64,000 bases of DNA from Stegostoma tigrinum (lineage: Eukaryota). The notes beneath the pieces are model-generated. The model saw only the letters and a program-made list of their open reading frames with translations. It was not told the DNA's origin and made no database searches. The translations under genes were made by a program, and so were the position numbers. Positions 1-13,271 of the stretch are shown piece after piece. The stretch covers positions 101,875,558-101,939,557 of the forward strand of contig NC_081357.1 in assembly GCF_030684315.1 (NCBI RefSeq), given 5' to 3'. Every line of letters starts with the position of its first letter. Position 1 is the first letter of the stretch.

Positions 1-453
1 TTCTTATGTTTGCAGTCTTTGACCTTTTCTGTTGCTGAATAAATATTTCATTATCCGTCTGATTGTATATCTTTAGTATGATCACACTTTCAAGTATTTA
101 CACATTGCATGTTGGTTTCACCATGCGGGAATAAACAGCGGTCTGTGAGACAATGCATTAATGTGGATTAGTGATCATAGTTTTTTTTTAACCTCTTAAG
201 ACTTCAGTCAGCATAACATATCTGAGTGTGGTGCAGTAAAGTTTCTCATGATAGATAGCAATTAGACAGGAATCCTGAGGAATTCCACTTTGACCCTTCC
301 ATCATTGATATCACTTCAATGTTTCAGAGTGCTAAGTGTTTTAGACTATTAAGTTGCCCTGGACTTTGAGCACTCTCTCGCATAGTATTGAACCTGCGAG
401 TAGCAATGCAATATGCAGTTTTTCTTGGCAAATCAATAAGCTATGATGAACAT

Positions 454-657
454 AAAAGCGGAAAATGTTGGAGAAACTCAGCATGTCTGGCAGCATCTGT
501 GGAGAGAAAACAGAGGTGATGTTTCAGGTCCAGTGACCCATCTTTAGAACCCTGAAATGTTAACTCTGCTTTCTGTCTGCAGAATCTGCTAGACCTGCTA
601 AATTTCTCCAGCAATTTCTGTTTTAGTTCCAGATTTCGGACACCCACTGTTCTTTTT
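454..657. mobile_element. PLE-terminus-derived fold-back element, family B (decayed hammerhead arms)
   Basis: Left arm TTGGAGAAACTCAGCATGTCTGGCAGCATCTGTGGAGAGAAAACAGAG is inverted in the right arm CTGCTAGACCTGCTAAATTTCTCCAGCAA. Same sequence as the terminus of the PLE at 27178. Confidence 0.75.
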
Positions 658-1288
658 TAATAGAGCTACAAACTACCCAATGTACTCCTCACAGTCTTGA
701 ATGGCAGGGTGTTCCCTTGAACAACTCATGCTAGAATGAAACTCCCTGCCAAGATTTATGGATTCATCTCACAAGGTGCATGTAAGTGTGAAATAATGTG
801 TGAAAACCAGGGCCTAGTATGTTTTTCAATATTGTTTATGTGAAAATGTAATGCCTTGGCTGCAGTCTTCAACATAACTGTTTAAGGATACCTGACTGAA
901 ACGACCTTTCTAAACTTTCAATGACATTACCATTGCTGGATCCTTCATTATTAACATCTGCCTCCCGGTCAAGTCCTGAAGTTATCAACGGTGGAACCTC
1001 CACATGGACGCGATGTGTAACTACTCTCTACCTTTTGCAACGATGATCTTCTTATGGGAAAATCTGGGTTTGAGGTCCAGGAGCTGACTTCTACTCAAGA
1101 TTGACTATTACTTGAGTTTATATCTGGTATATTCAGTTGGTGAATGATTCCTTCATCCCATTCCCTGTATGCATTGTTTAATTTGCACAAAAGTTATAAC
1201 ACTTAATAGTGTTACTTGTAAAGTTGAAGTGTCAAGTTCTGATTAAGTTTATTGTTTACACTTTTGGAAACAAACCATTGAAACATGC

Positions 1289-1461
1289 AATAACACAGTG
1301 TGAAGCTGGATGAACAATGCAGGCCAAGCAACATCAGAGGAGCAGGAAAGTTTGACGTTTCGGGTCAAGACCCTACTTCTCTGATGCTGCTTGGCCTGCT
1401 GTATTCATCCAGCTTCACACTGTGTTATCTCAGATTCTCAAGCGTTGGCAGTTCCTACTAT
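1289..1461. mobile_element. PLE-terminus-derived fold-back element, family A, with target-site duplication
   Basis: Inverted arms ATAACACAGTGTGAAGCTGGATGAA / TTCATCCAGCTTCACACTGTGTTAT. Direct repeat CATTGAAACATGC at 1276-1288 and 1462-1474. Confidence 0.85.
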
Positions 1462-1834
1462 CATTGAAACATGCTATGCCTCTCATTTGCCGAAAGAAGG
1501 AAGAGATGTAATGTATTGAATCTGTATTTCTTCCACTTGTATCTACTATATCCGTGTAACAGCAGAGAGAGACGAGAAGGAAAGTGAAGGAACTCATGTT
1601 TAAGACGATGTGCAGTGAATGTATCTTACTGAATCTTTGTTTATTTGTCCCCAAGAACTTCACAGCTATCTCATATTGTTCCATACTCCTCAAATCCCGT
1701 GACCAGATAATCCATGTTAGTGATGGCCAGGTGACTAGCGAACTTCTGCTACTGATGTGTTTCACATCACCACTTACAACCACTTAAGAGGATTTTCGGT
1801 TTATGTGCCAACTAGAAATATGAAGTTTACTACC

Positions 1835-2110
1835 TCCCGCAGTATTGATTCTTTCGGTGCCCAGTTCCCTCAGTATTGATTCTCTTGATGCCCACCTCCC
1901 TCAGTGCCCATTGCCTCCACCAGTGCAGCATTTCTGCAGTGCTTGACTCCTTCAGTTTCCAGTTCATCATTTTTCACTACCTCCATTTCTATCACCTTTA
2001 CCAGTGCGGCATTTCCTCAGTACTGCGTTGAAGTATCAACCTCAGTCATATAGTCAAGTTGATTTATGCGCCAAAGTCTCCAGAGTATAGCATGAAACTA
2101 TAATCCTGAA
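1835..2110 (-). repeat. Decayed Deu-type SINE fragments with local ~31-bp tandem duplication
   Basis: CAGTGCGGCATTTCCTCAGTACTGCG...AAGTCTCCAGAGT resembles the element at 53880-54200. CAGTATTGATTCT is repeated at about 31-bp spacing. Confidence 0.4.
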
Positions 2111-3943
2111 GGATAAATACTTGTTCATAAACATATCTACCATAGATCTTTTGTGGCTTGCACTAGTTTAGCAGAAATATAGAAAAGTTTCTTCTCAGTG
2201 CACTTGGGTTTTCTCCTGAAGTAATTTTAAACACTGTTACTTATTTTATCTGAGCTTGAATACTTCAACAATTCAAAGAATGCAAACTTGTTTATTGCTT
2301 CTCCAATACGCACACTCATAATGATAAATCATTACCTTTTTTTAATATGACACTGAAAATCTAATTATTCTCGCCAGTTTATGTACATTATATCTAATTA
2401 ATGGGTCAAAGCTATTATTCACCTGCCTAAGGTGTGATAAAGCTGGATGCTTCTGGTTTTAATTTATTGTACAGTAATTTAGTTGTAACTCTCAAAAATT
2501 GGGGTTAAGAGGAGATGTAAGTAAAATAAATAAACTCTATTACCCAAATGCCAAATCAAAGATTTAGGAACGTTTGTTCATGTAATTCAAAAACTGCCAA
2601 TCTGCAAACACCACGAAACGTAATTATAACTTTTGTGACATGCTTGAGAACCCAGGAAATGCCATAATGATACCCAGACCTACTGGTAGAATTTTTATGA
2701 TTTCTAGTGCACCTGAAAATCTGTAAAGATTAAAGCTCTGCAAAGCAGAAAGTAAATGGACCAATGCAGATCCAAAAGGCGTGAGGAGAGAATTGATGCT
2801 GTTTTAAAGACCGAGCTCTTCGAAAGGGTGACCAGAAATTTTCAACTTCTTGCTAACTATGATTCTGTTCTTACCTGAAAATATTGGTGGAAATAATACT
2901 TGTAATCGTAACTTTTTAAAAAAGTGTGCTTTATTACATAGCTAAAATACTTTTTCCGTTTGGATTTATTTATCATACAGAGAATTCTTGGGTATGTAAC
3001 CACCTTCTAACCTGCAGACATGCCTGATCCACTGAGGCCACCTCTGTTTGATTAGTCCTGGCATGTTTGGCACTCTACCTTTCAGTGGACTGCTGCGTTT
3101 GAGAATAACATGATATACCTGTAATGCACCAGATATAATGCATATGGAACTTATTTCTTAAGTAAATAAATAAATTATCATTTCCCCCTTTACCTGGGAA
3201 ATGACTTTTGGTGCCCTTAGAGTCAATTTGGTAATAAGATGGAGACTGAAGTATGGAGTAAAATGGATCAGCTGCCTATTTTATAAGTGCACAGCTGCCT
3301 CCAAGTGGCTATTAAAATTAACTTCCAAAGCAGCTCCCAGTTGGAAACTCCAGTACTTCTTTCATGCCAACTGCCCAGGGATTATGATCTTCTCTTTGAT
3401 ATCCTGTATGATTCACAAGTGGCTCCTTTGCCCACCCTTTAGAATTAAATATGGGGCAGTGCCGACATAACTACTGTGAGATATGCAGAAAATTTCAAAA
3501 GCACAGATATTTGTCAGTGGTGATGACAGCAGACTCACCTCAAGCAAAACTATCACGAGTGCCAGGCTAACTTAAGGGTCAACCAAATCCAAATTAAACA
3601 AAATACCTCTTGACTTAACTTTAATTCGTATTTATGCCAATTAAGTGTTATAATTGACTTTTAGAGAGAAAGATGTAGAACAAAAATGAACTAACTTCTG
3701 GTATGTAGCGAGTTAATAATAAAATTAATTCTCACTCCTAATATACTCATCCACATAATTCCATGAACAGCTTAACGACTATGTGTTTGAGATGGATTTT
3801 TGTTATATAGTTTTTCAAACCTTAAAGATAACAATGTAATTGTAATTTACTAGTTTTAAATAAATATCAATTTAATTCTTTAATTTGGATGCAACATTTT
3901 GTCTCATTAAGATATATTAAAGAGAGCATGCTTTATTAAAAAC

Positions 3944-4538
3944 ATTGTCAGGTACGAGCTTGTTTGTCGCGTACCATTGAATTCAATTTAAAATTAGACT
4001 CTTAACTCATCAGCATATACTGTCGCTCTCAACATAACACATCCTCAACTCCTATTTCCTCTTATCAAAATAATGTTTGTACTTGAAAGGTCCCTGCAGC
4101 AACAGGAGAGAATTAAAACATTATACTTTATGTTGTTTCCATTTTCCATTTTTCATAACATTGCCAACTGGGTAAAGACATAATACCTCTTAGAAGTGTG
4201 AGCAATCTTTCTGGCTTTTTCATTGTCTTAACATTATCGAATAACCCTGTGAATACCCTTGTTGATCATCTTTCATTTTCTGAAATTCATTTCTCAATTT
4301 TGTGTTGACTAAAGACTGTGACATATTTCTGCAACAGAATGGCGTACAACAGCTGGAAAGGTGGGAGGGTTTTATCAGATTCAAGTAGGGACCTTTTACG
4401 TGCAAACATTATTTTGATAAGAGGAAATAGGAGTTGAGGATGTGTTATGTTGAGAGCGACAGTATATGCTGATGAGTTAAGAGTTTAATTTTAAATTGAA
4501 TTCAATGGTACGTGACAAACAAGCTCGTACCTGACAAT
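3944..4538. repeat. Long inverted repeat: 152-bp arms (3944-4095 / 4387-4538), 291-bp spacer
   Basis: Manual alignment of the left arm with the reverse complement of the right arm gives 5 mismatches in 152 bp. Confidence 0.95.
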
Positions 4539-4999
4539 ACAGCTTAGTAATGCTATTGCAAAGGGCAAAGAGGGCTGTTTGACAGCTACTTATATATACG
4601 TTAATGTATGGCATATACATTTAGAAAATTAATCTTGTGAAGACCAAATTTATAGAAAAATAAATGTCTAAAGATACAACAGCTGAAGTAGAACATGTGT
4701 GGGCAAGTAACGTTGTTGAATACCTTAGCTAGAACAAATAATTGCTTGATTCAAGTGAGATTGAGCTAAAGTTCACATACCAACACCTTTCTCCCACTTT
4801 AAACAAATGTTCGAGTGTGGAAATTAATGTTGTTTCTAAAAGTGATAAATCTAACAAAAGTTTGAATTTTCCTTTCTGGCGAAAGATTCTGATTTCTCTC
4901 CTCAATCAAATGGAGAGATCTGCGGGATAATGCGATTGGTGAGTGCTGGGATATTCAACTTTTCATCCTGGGCAGTGCCCCAGCATTGAGAATAACTTG

Positions 5000-5750
5000 C
5001 TACATGCTGGTTTGGCAGAGTAGTGAACAATTTGCTGACTCTGTCACATTTACTGTACATGCAACTTAAAGGCTCAGGTAGAGGAATTCTTTGAAGCTGT
5101 GTGTGTGATCTCTCTGATGTCTTAACTTCACCTCTGCAAGCTCCTAATGGTGTCTTTTGATGTGTTAGGTGCATTCCTGAATAAGGGTCCAGTTCAGATG
5201 GTCATAGGCTTGGGATGTCATCTGTCAGCAGGCTTGCTTGATCTTTTCAGGGATGTTTTGAGGATCTGCCTAAAGTCCTTCTGTTGCTCTGCTGGGAGTC
5301 TCCAGTTCCACGTAGATTGTTTGTATTTCATGATTTTGGTGTCAAACGTGCAATGTTATGTTCCGCCCAGAGAGGCTGGTTTTCAGTGAGTTAAATGTCA
5401 GCTGCCTCTGGGAACTGCACATACATGAACGACTGACTGCTCCCACAAGATTGAGAAATGCCAGGGTTGAGGACAGCACTTGGGATTTCCAATGACTTCT
5501 GACAATGCAACAGACACTCGCCATCATAGCCACAATTAGAGCTTAAGTTTCATTGTCAAGAGAAAGTTCGTGGAAACAAAAGTGGCAGACAAAAAACAAA
5601 GTTTGATTTTATTGACACTGAAAATACAGAAGAAAATACAGGTGCTCCTTAACATTTGCTGAAGGTGACAGCAAAAAGTGAAGGACAGCAAGATTGTGAA
5701 GCTCTCTTGGATAATGAGGGTGATCCTAGAGTAATGAACTGTTTTGGTTG
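5000..5750 (-). mobile_element. Highly decayed RTE-clade LINE fragment
   Basis: Minus-strand peptide TFNSLKTSLSGRNITL and downstream remnants resemble the RTE ORF C-terminal region. Many stops; boundaries approximate. Confidence 0.35.
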
Positions 5751-5899
5751 AGGAGAGTGAAGTCTATATGTACTCGATATAGTCCAGATGATGACTGACT
5801 AAATCAGTTGTGGACCTGTTATGCACCAATCTATACATTTTAAGGCCAGCAGAAGTGAGGTTGAAGTTCATGCCAGGAAGAATGTCTGGGGTGGGAAAA

Positions 5900-6005
5900 T
5901 GATGGGGAGGTGCCAGTGTTGGACTGCGGTGTACAAAGTCGGAAATCACACAACAACAGGTTTATTTGAAATCACAAGCTTTCATAGCACTCCTCCTTCA
6001 TTAGT
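5900..6005 (-). mobile_element. PLE-terminus unit, family D (single arm)
   Basis: GGAGGTGCCAGTGTTGGACTG...AACAGGTTTATTTGAAATCACAAGCTTT...CTCCTTCAT matches 42820-42880 and the reverse complement of 43300-43362. Confidence 0.65.
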
Positions 6006-6049
6006 TGAAGTACTCTTCTGAAATGCTTTGGTGACTCTTTTGGGAAAGG

Positions 6050-6410
6050 TCATGGGATGTGGTGTTGCAAGGGTATTATCGCTGGATAATAATTTATAGA
6101 TCCAGATTAATGCTTTGGGGACATGGTTGTGAATCCTAACATGGTAGATGATGAAATTTGGATCAATAAAAATCTGGAATCAAAAGTTGACCTAATGGTG
6201 ATAGTGTAATCATTGTCAACTGTAGTGAAAATTCATTCGGTTCACTAATGCACAGTAGTGAAGGAAATCTGTCGTTGATACCTCATCTGGCCTACATGTG
6301 ACTCCAGGCACACAGCAAAGTGGCCTCAGCAAGCCAGCCCGTCCAAATGACATTTAAGGATGGGCAACAAATGCTGGCCGAGTCGGCAATGCCCACATTC
6401 AAATAACAAA
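6050..6410 (+). mobile_element. tRNA-headed SINE sharing its 3' tail with the CR1/L2-group LINE
   Basis: Degenerate B-box GGTTGTGAATCC, core GGTTCACTAATG...CTGGCCTACATGTGACTCCAG, tail GGATGGGCAACAAATGCTGGCC...GCCCACAT plus A-rich end. Second copy at 16030. Confidence 0.75.
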
Positions 6411-7371
6411 CAAAATAAAAAAAGAGGTGCCCTTTGGGAATATTCAAGATAAGCAAAAATGTGTGTATCCAGCTCAGTGGAACTGTCAAGTGGTCAAAGC
6501 ATTTAGATTTCTTACCCTTTAAATATTTGAACAAAGCTGGGTGCAATTGTAAAAAATGTTAATACATGCTACCTGTTCACGTAAGTTTGAAGGGGACGAT
6601 TACAGAATTAGCATTATAAAACGGATTTAATAATCTTCCAATATTGTAGTGAGATGTCAATTTACAGTTCGATTGACAACTGCATGTTGTTAGAAACTCT
6701 TTGAAGCGGGACAATGAATCAAATGTTTGCTTTTATAAGAGATTAAAGAATGTTAAATATGTTGATTGGATTTTATCAAAGATGGTTTTGTTTTTAAACA
6801 GTGAATAAATCAATAGGCATTATTTGAGAATAACATTATTTAATTTCATCATGGCACCTAAGGTTGCATGTGATGGATGGTTGATGAATCAGCTTGTTAG
6901 ATGTAAGAGAAACAGTAAATTTGATATGGGCTATAAAGGACTTTGAGCGATGGATAGAGGAACATAGATTGACATGGATTGGTATGGATGGAGCATGGGG
7001 AATGTGTGGGTATGTGAAGGTGAATTACTAGTATGAGATGGAGGGTTATTTTTTTCATTTTATTCATTTATTTCCATTTTTCCTACAAATTTTTGAAGCA
7101 TCAAGGCTGACAATCCAACTTTTCATGGGATCACCCGCCATGTCTCCTTTTAAAGCTATCAATCCAGAATGAAAATTGGAACTTCTGAAGCAAGCTTTCC
7201 TGTTCATATATACAGAGTCACTGGAGTTGTCCAGGTTCTGTGTTTCCAAGCAAAGAGGAAAGTTCAGGCCTCGGTGTGTATGGGAAGTAGGCCCAAATCC
7301 CATAAAATTTCCTCACTAATTCCATTCCTAGAATACTGCTCCAACAGGGAGCCAGAGAAATGTTTTATTTT

Positions 7372-8335
7372 TAATTCATTTGTGGAATGTGGGCATTGAT
7401 GGCTGGCCAGCATTTCTTGCCCATCCCTAGTTGCCCTTGAAAAGGTAATGGTGAGCTGTCTTCTTGAACTACTGGAGTTCACCAGCTGTAATTTGACCCA
7501 CAAGGCTGTTAGGGAGGGAATTTCAGGATTTTGACCCGGCAACAGTGAAGGAATGGCGATATATTTCCAAGTCAGGATTGTGAGTGGTTTGGAGGGGAAG
7601 TTGGAGGTGGTGGTGTTCCCATATGTCTGCTGCCCTTGTCCTTCTAGACAGAAGTAATTATGGGTTTGGAAGGTGCTGTCTAAGGATCTTTGGTGAATTT
7701 CTGCAGTGCATCTTGAAGATAGTACACATTGCTGCTACTGAGCATCAATGGTGGAGGGAGTGGATGCATTTCACAATATGTATACCAATATTATATACCA
7801 ATCAAGTGGGCTGCTTTGTCCTGGATGGTGTCAAATTTCTTGAGTGTTGTTTGGGCTGAACTCATTCAGGCAAGTGGGGAGTATTCCATCACACTCCTGA
7901 ATTTTGCCTTGTAGATGGTGGGCAGGCTTTGAGGAGTCAAGAGGTGAGTTAGTCACCACAATATTCCTAGCATCTGACCTGCTCTTGTAGCAACTGAATT
8001 TATGTGGTAAGTACAGTTGAGTTTCTGGTCAATGATAATCCCCTGGATGTTGATAGTGGGGGATTCAGTGATGGCAACACCATTGAATGCCAAAGGTTTG
8101 TGTTTTGATTGTGTCCTATTGATGACAGTCATAGCCTGGCATTTGTGTGGCACAAATGCCACTTGCCACTTGTTAGCCCAAGCCTGGAAATTGTTTAGAT
8201 CTTGTTGCATTTGAACATGGGCTGCTTCAGCATCTGAGAAGTCATGAACGGTGCTGAACATCGTGCAATCATTGGCAAAGATCCCCACTTCTGAATTTAT
8301 GATGGAAGAAGACCATTGATGAAGCAGCAGTAATG
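7372..8335 (-). mobile_element. CR1/L2-group LINE, 3' RT fragment (decayed)
   Basis: ORF 7953-8288 GIFANDCTMFSTV...QQDLNNFQAWANKWQVAF.PHKC (FADD region), with the 3' tail at 7372-7440. Homologous to 46590-48527. Confidence 0.85.
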
Positions 8336-8357
8336 AGGTCAGGAGCTAAATCAGAGA

Positions 8358-8575
8358 CAATAAAACTGCAGATGCTGGGATCCAAGGTAGACAAACAGGA
8401 GGCTGGAAGAGCACAGCAAGATAGGCAAAATCTGGAAGAAAAGAGCAGTCAACGTTTTGGGTATTACCCTACCTCAGGAGACTTGAGGAAAGATAATACC
8501 TGAAATATCAACTACGTCTTCCCTCCATATGCTGTCAGCCTTGCTGTGTTCTTTCAAACTCCTGTTTGTTTACCC
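8358..8575. mobile_element. PLE-terminus-like fold-back element, family C
   Basis: Inverted arms GTAGACAAACAGGAGGCTGGAAGAGCACAGCAAG / CTTGCTGTGTTCTTTCAAACTCCTGTTTGTTTAC. Minus-strand core CTGAGGTAGGGTAATACCCAAAACGTTG. Shares the ACTGCAGATGCTGG end motif. Confidence 0.7.
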
Positions 8576-10564
8576 TGTTTCTTTCTACTCCTTGTGGCAA
8601 TAACTTTTGGAATTATAATTAACCATGTGTGTTCTGTCAATAGTGACAAAAAATGTGAATATTTGTCTCTCAGTTAACATCACTAAAATATTCTCTAATC
8701 AGTATTACCTTACCTTGTGAGTCGAAATGACTGCAACTTATAATGTTGATGAAATTTAAAAGGATTTGATTGGCTGTTGTGAGTATCAGGATATCTGAGG
8801 TTGTGAAATACAAATGCAACATTTTTTCCTTTCAAAACCAACAATGGTAGTGCCCTAGAAAGGTGATGACACATGCTCATGGCCAGAATCTACATATGGT
8901 GTCTTCTAACATAGGGAGGCTTTTAGTCTGCACCTACCACACAGTTGTACCTGACTAGAGACAGTCCTGCTCTAACCCCAACTATAAACAGATTGGAAGA
9001 ATTTAGAGAATAATGTGCAAAGTGTTTGGCAATGCTAGGACCTAACATGGCCATCAAGCCTTCAGGTGCAATTTGGATACAGAACTTCCAGCCCAGAGGC
9101 AGGTGCTGTCACTGTGCCATGAGATCTCCAGCAATATTCAATTTTTTTCATAGTTCTTTCTTTAAAAGCAGGATACCAGGAAACCTTTACATGCTGTTTT
9201 AGTTTCAGTGGTGCAGACAGTGGTATGGATAAAGAAATGTACTAACAGAAGAAGCAGGTTAAACTACATGACCCTTGTGAAACAGTTGGAAGATCAGATG
9301 GTTCATGAAATGGGTGGAGATCTAACCTCTGAGTCCTTTTGTTTCTTCATAATAAAGTAATTGTAACAACAGGATCAGCATTCCAATCTTAGCCAATCAT
9401 AGCAATCTGAATTTCCTAAAGCAAAGACTTACATTATAATTTATTTGCATTCTGGCAGTAATGTCACAAAACAGCGTTTAGTGTGAAAGTCTAATTAATC
9501 TAACATATCCATTTTGAAAATATATTCATTGGCAATAACATATATGTGTAATGAGATATGCAGAGTCCATATTCCATGATTACGACAAACTTAGTTACAT
9601 GCATTAAAATAATTTAGTTTTGAAAGGAATTCTCAACCCATTGACCAACACTTTTTTTTGGCTTCGGATAAATTGTGAGTGGTTATCTGCATCACGTTAG
9701 TTCAACTAGAGTCAAGTGTATCAAGAGCTAGACTGTTTATGATTAATAAATCCAATCAGCCTCACTATGATTTAGGAATTACAGTCTGTTTAAAATTAAT
9801 AGTAATCATTTTTATTGATGGTAGGGTGCTGAAACCTAAATGAAAATATCCTATCCAATCCATGTGGAAGAATTGTCCTCATTACTTGATATTAGCATTT
9901 TTGCCTCAACACAGATAGCACCTGCACTGGACTTTTAAATAGGCTCCATTCAGCTAAGAGAACCAGATGGTGCAATAGCTGTGATTATAGTCTGATCAAT
10001 CCTCTTTCTAAGTCCCCATAGATCTCATTGTGCCAGTCAATGAGTTGGAGGTAGGGCAGGATTTACATTTTTGGAGCTGGTCTAAAGATTGCATTTCCTC
10101 TTGCATTTGTGAACACTTGCAAACTTATTCCCAGCCAATTACATGATAAATTCAGTGTAACGAGAAATAGTTTTGGTTTCACACTGATGCTAAACTTGTG
10201 GACTTTGTTATGATCCTAGCAGATGTCATTACTGGACAAGTGAAACCCCAGACTGAAACCTCGCTTCATGGATCATAATTTGTTTCATTTTGGATTTAAC
10301 AAAGTTGTCCCTGACTGAAACATAAATGCTGCAGATTTTGTTTTAAACAATAAAACAGATATTCATGAACAAAAGAAATGAAGATAAGATAGGATAAATC
10401 AAATTATTCACTTGTAATGCTAACAAAGATTTTCAGGTGCACAGTAAAAGTATAATCCCACTAAACCTCAACACTCCTTTACAATTTGAAAAGAAAAACA
10501 CTTTTTGTACAGTACTTAAAACACACCTTGCATAACACCCCAAAACACCACTGATACAGTAAGT

Positions 10565-10675
10565 GTGGATGCTAGAAATCTGAAACAAAAATTGCTGGAG
10601 AAAGTCAGCAGATCTGGCCGCATCTGTGGAGAGAAAACAGAATTAATGTTTTGAATCCAGTAACTCTTTTCAAAA
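10565..10675 (-). mobile_element. Family B PLE-terminus unit (single arm)
   Basis: GATGCTAGAAATCTGAAACAAAAATTGCTGGAGAAAGTCAGCAGATCTGGCCGCATCTGTGGAGAGAAAACAG. Confidence 0.7.
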
Positions 10676-12334
10676 CCACTTATACACAATCACCATCATC
10701 CCTGTCTCATTAGCATCTTAATAGGTTTCATTTCCTTGAGACTTTAGCCTATAGCCTGGAACTGAAGATAGTTTCTTCCTGGAGCGAACAGACACCTGAG
10801 CTTAAACTTGCTCCATTTAAAGTAGCCTCTTCAGGATTTTATTCCAACACTTCCAGTGTGGGACTAAGATGGGCTCTATACTCAACAGTAATTCAATTTC
10901 ACTATCTCAAAGAACAAAGAACAATACAGCACAGGAAGAGGCCCTTCAGCCCTCCATGTCTGCACTGACCCCTATCAAAAGCACTTGTCTACACAACCAT
11001 CTTTATCCAATAACTTCATAGGTCTTAAAGGAAACCTAAACAAAAACTCTCTCTAAGCCATGGTTGTTAAAAAAGACCAAGTTTCAGAAATCTCTAACAA
11101 AACTATGAGACCCCATTATTTATCCTATTGGGCCACAAAACAGCATGACAAAAACAAAAAAAAATTGATTCTAAAGCTATGCCTCAAAAACCATTTTAAA
11201 GGAAATCACCATGGCTATGGGAATACTCACGTGTTAATTATTAACTTTCAGACACATTAAAAAGCTTACATTACTAACTGAAAAAACAAAAACAAACCTA
11301 CCATACATTATGTTAAAAATATATTTATATCATACAGTGTACACTACCATTACAATAACACACTGGACTGGAAAAATTAAATTAAATACTGTGAAGACAA
11401 AAAGGTCAAATTTTTGATTCAAGGTTTGAAATGCTCGAAGGTAATTGCACTGACAAGTAGCCATATTGCCCACATTTACATTTCATTATTATCTATTTTT
11501 AGCTCATTGATGTGCAATTTGATATTCTTCCATGTGGTGGAGATAAATTAGACAATAAGGATTCCCGATATATAAATATGGAAAAAAAATCCCCACTTGA
11601 CGTTGTTGCTTGCCTCCATTTTAGCCAGTAGGTCCCAACATCCCTCCTCATCCACTGAGATTGGTAGCTGACATAGACCAGGCTCACCACATCATCATGG
11701 CACAACTCCTACTGGCTTAGAGTACAGTTCTCCACTTCAATACTGTACTTCGGAGCTAACTTACACCTTTCACTATAATGCTTCTGTCAGGCACTCTGCA
11801 CACAGGGACAGGAACCCATCTCAGTAGGATACTTCTCAGGGCTCTTACCTTGTTCTTGTAGTGTTAACTTACGCTGTATCCTGTTTGGATGCTCACAGCA
11901 TTTTGTGCATTGTCATTTCATTCAGAGCTTACAGAACCCAGTTACTTCCGTCTTGCCCTGCTTCTTCTTAGTGCAGACAGAAAGTCGGGCAGCTAGCCAT
12001 GTCTGTCAGTAGTAATCAGTCAAGTGGGTGGACATGTTGCTTTATGGCACTGTGCTATGTCAATTTCATATCGGCAGCATGTGCCAGCAGCTTTTGTGGC
12101 AAACATGTTGCATGTATATGAACCAAATAGCCATGTCTGAAAGTCTAAGGGGAGTAGTCCTTCGTCAAGTGAAGGGGATTGGCACAAAAAGTCAAGGACA
12201 TCATCCAATATCAGTCCAGAGACTTGGACACAGTCAGTCAGCAATTAGGGCAGTCAGTGTCAGGGGTTCCATATTGATAGAGTCTGGGCCATAGTCAGAC
12301 CAGCGAGTCCACCATAGTCAGACAGGAGATTAGG

Positions 12335-12620
12335 GTTGGCACAGTGGTTAACACTGCTGTCTCACAGTGCTGGGTACCTGGGTTCAATTCCGGTGTAGGG
12401 TGACTGTTTGTATGAACTTTGCACATTCTCCCCGTGTCTTCATGGGTTTCTACCGGGTGCTCTGACTTGCTTTCACAGTCCAGAAGATGTGCAGATTAGC
12501 CATGATATAAGCACGGTTATAGGGATAGGGTAGGGGTGTGGGTGGAATGCGCTTAAGATGGTTGGTGCAGATTCGATGGGCTTGAAAGGCCTCTTCCTGC
12601 ACTGTCAGGATTCTATGATG
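12335..12620 (+). mobile_element. HE1-type V-SINE (tRNA-derived)
   Basis: TGGCACAGTGGTTAACACTGCTG (A-box), GGTTCAATTCC (B-box), V-domain-like TTTGCACATTCTCCCCGTGTC...GGGTTTC, CR1-type tail GATTCTATGA. Confidence 0.85.
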
Positions 12621-13271
12621 AGAAGTAAGTCAGTTGGGAGCTGCACATGGATGGGTCAGGGCTTTGGTCACCCATGATTTGGGGCTGTCATTCCAAGTTA
12701 CTCACGGGGGAATGGTCACCGTTAATATTTTTGTCACACTGGGCTTTAGCGGAAGAGTAACACTGCCTTTCAAAATATGTGGCACTAAGGATGTGTAGCT
12801 TATGGAGCTTGATTCTTGTAGCTGCAGTTACTATGACAGTTGAAACAGACTGGTGACGATGCAAAATGTTTATACTCTTACTAATATGAACTTTCTTTCC
12901 AGTTAGGTGTCAATAGTACCACCTATATGGCAGTAGAAGCTGTTTTTTTTTCACTTGCTTTCCTCCCACAGTCTGTACTGTGTGTAAGCTATTCCTGGCT
13001 GGCAGCGTTTGAACTGGCACAGCTGGGGGGCATGACAGATGGCAATGGTGACAGGGATCCTGCCAGTGACAAGTACCACCCCTGCTGGTGAATGAAAGAT
13101 GGCATCAGGGTGGTGTTGTAGAGGGTTGGTACCAATGTAATGCACAGACAATGGAGAACTGCATGAGATAACTCACTGGAGTTCATGGAGAGAAAACTGA
13201 TTTTTCAATGGCATCTTACTCTTACAGTTTGACAGATGTATTAAAATGACAAAGCTAGAACACAAGAAAGA

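Noticed and set aside
3193-3474. Minus-strand segment with plausible splice acceptor (tctcacag) and donor (CAG/gtaaag)
   Set aside because: All three frames contain stops. A non-coding exon cannot be supported without transcript data.
4468-4505. CTGATGAG in the long inverted repeat as a hammerhead
   Set aside because: No stem II followed by GAAA and a cleavage triplet.
10206-11336. Possible solo LTR (TGTTATGA...TCATACA)
   Set aside because: No matching TSD or second copy in the window; termini alone are insufficient.
12335-12410. tRNA gene candidates (also 16035, 47385, 62060)
   Set aside because: The A/B boxes belong to SINE heads; there is no complete cloverleaf.
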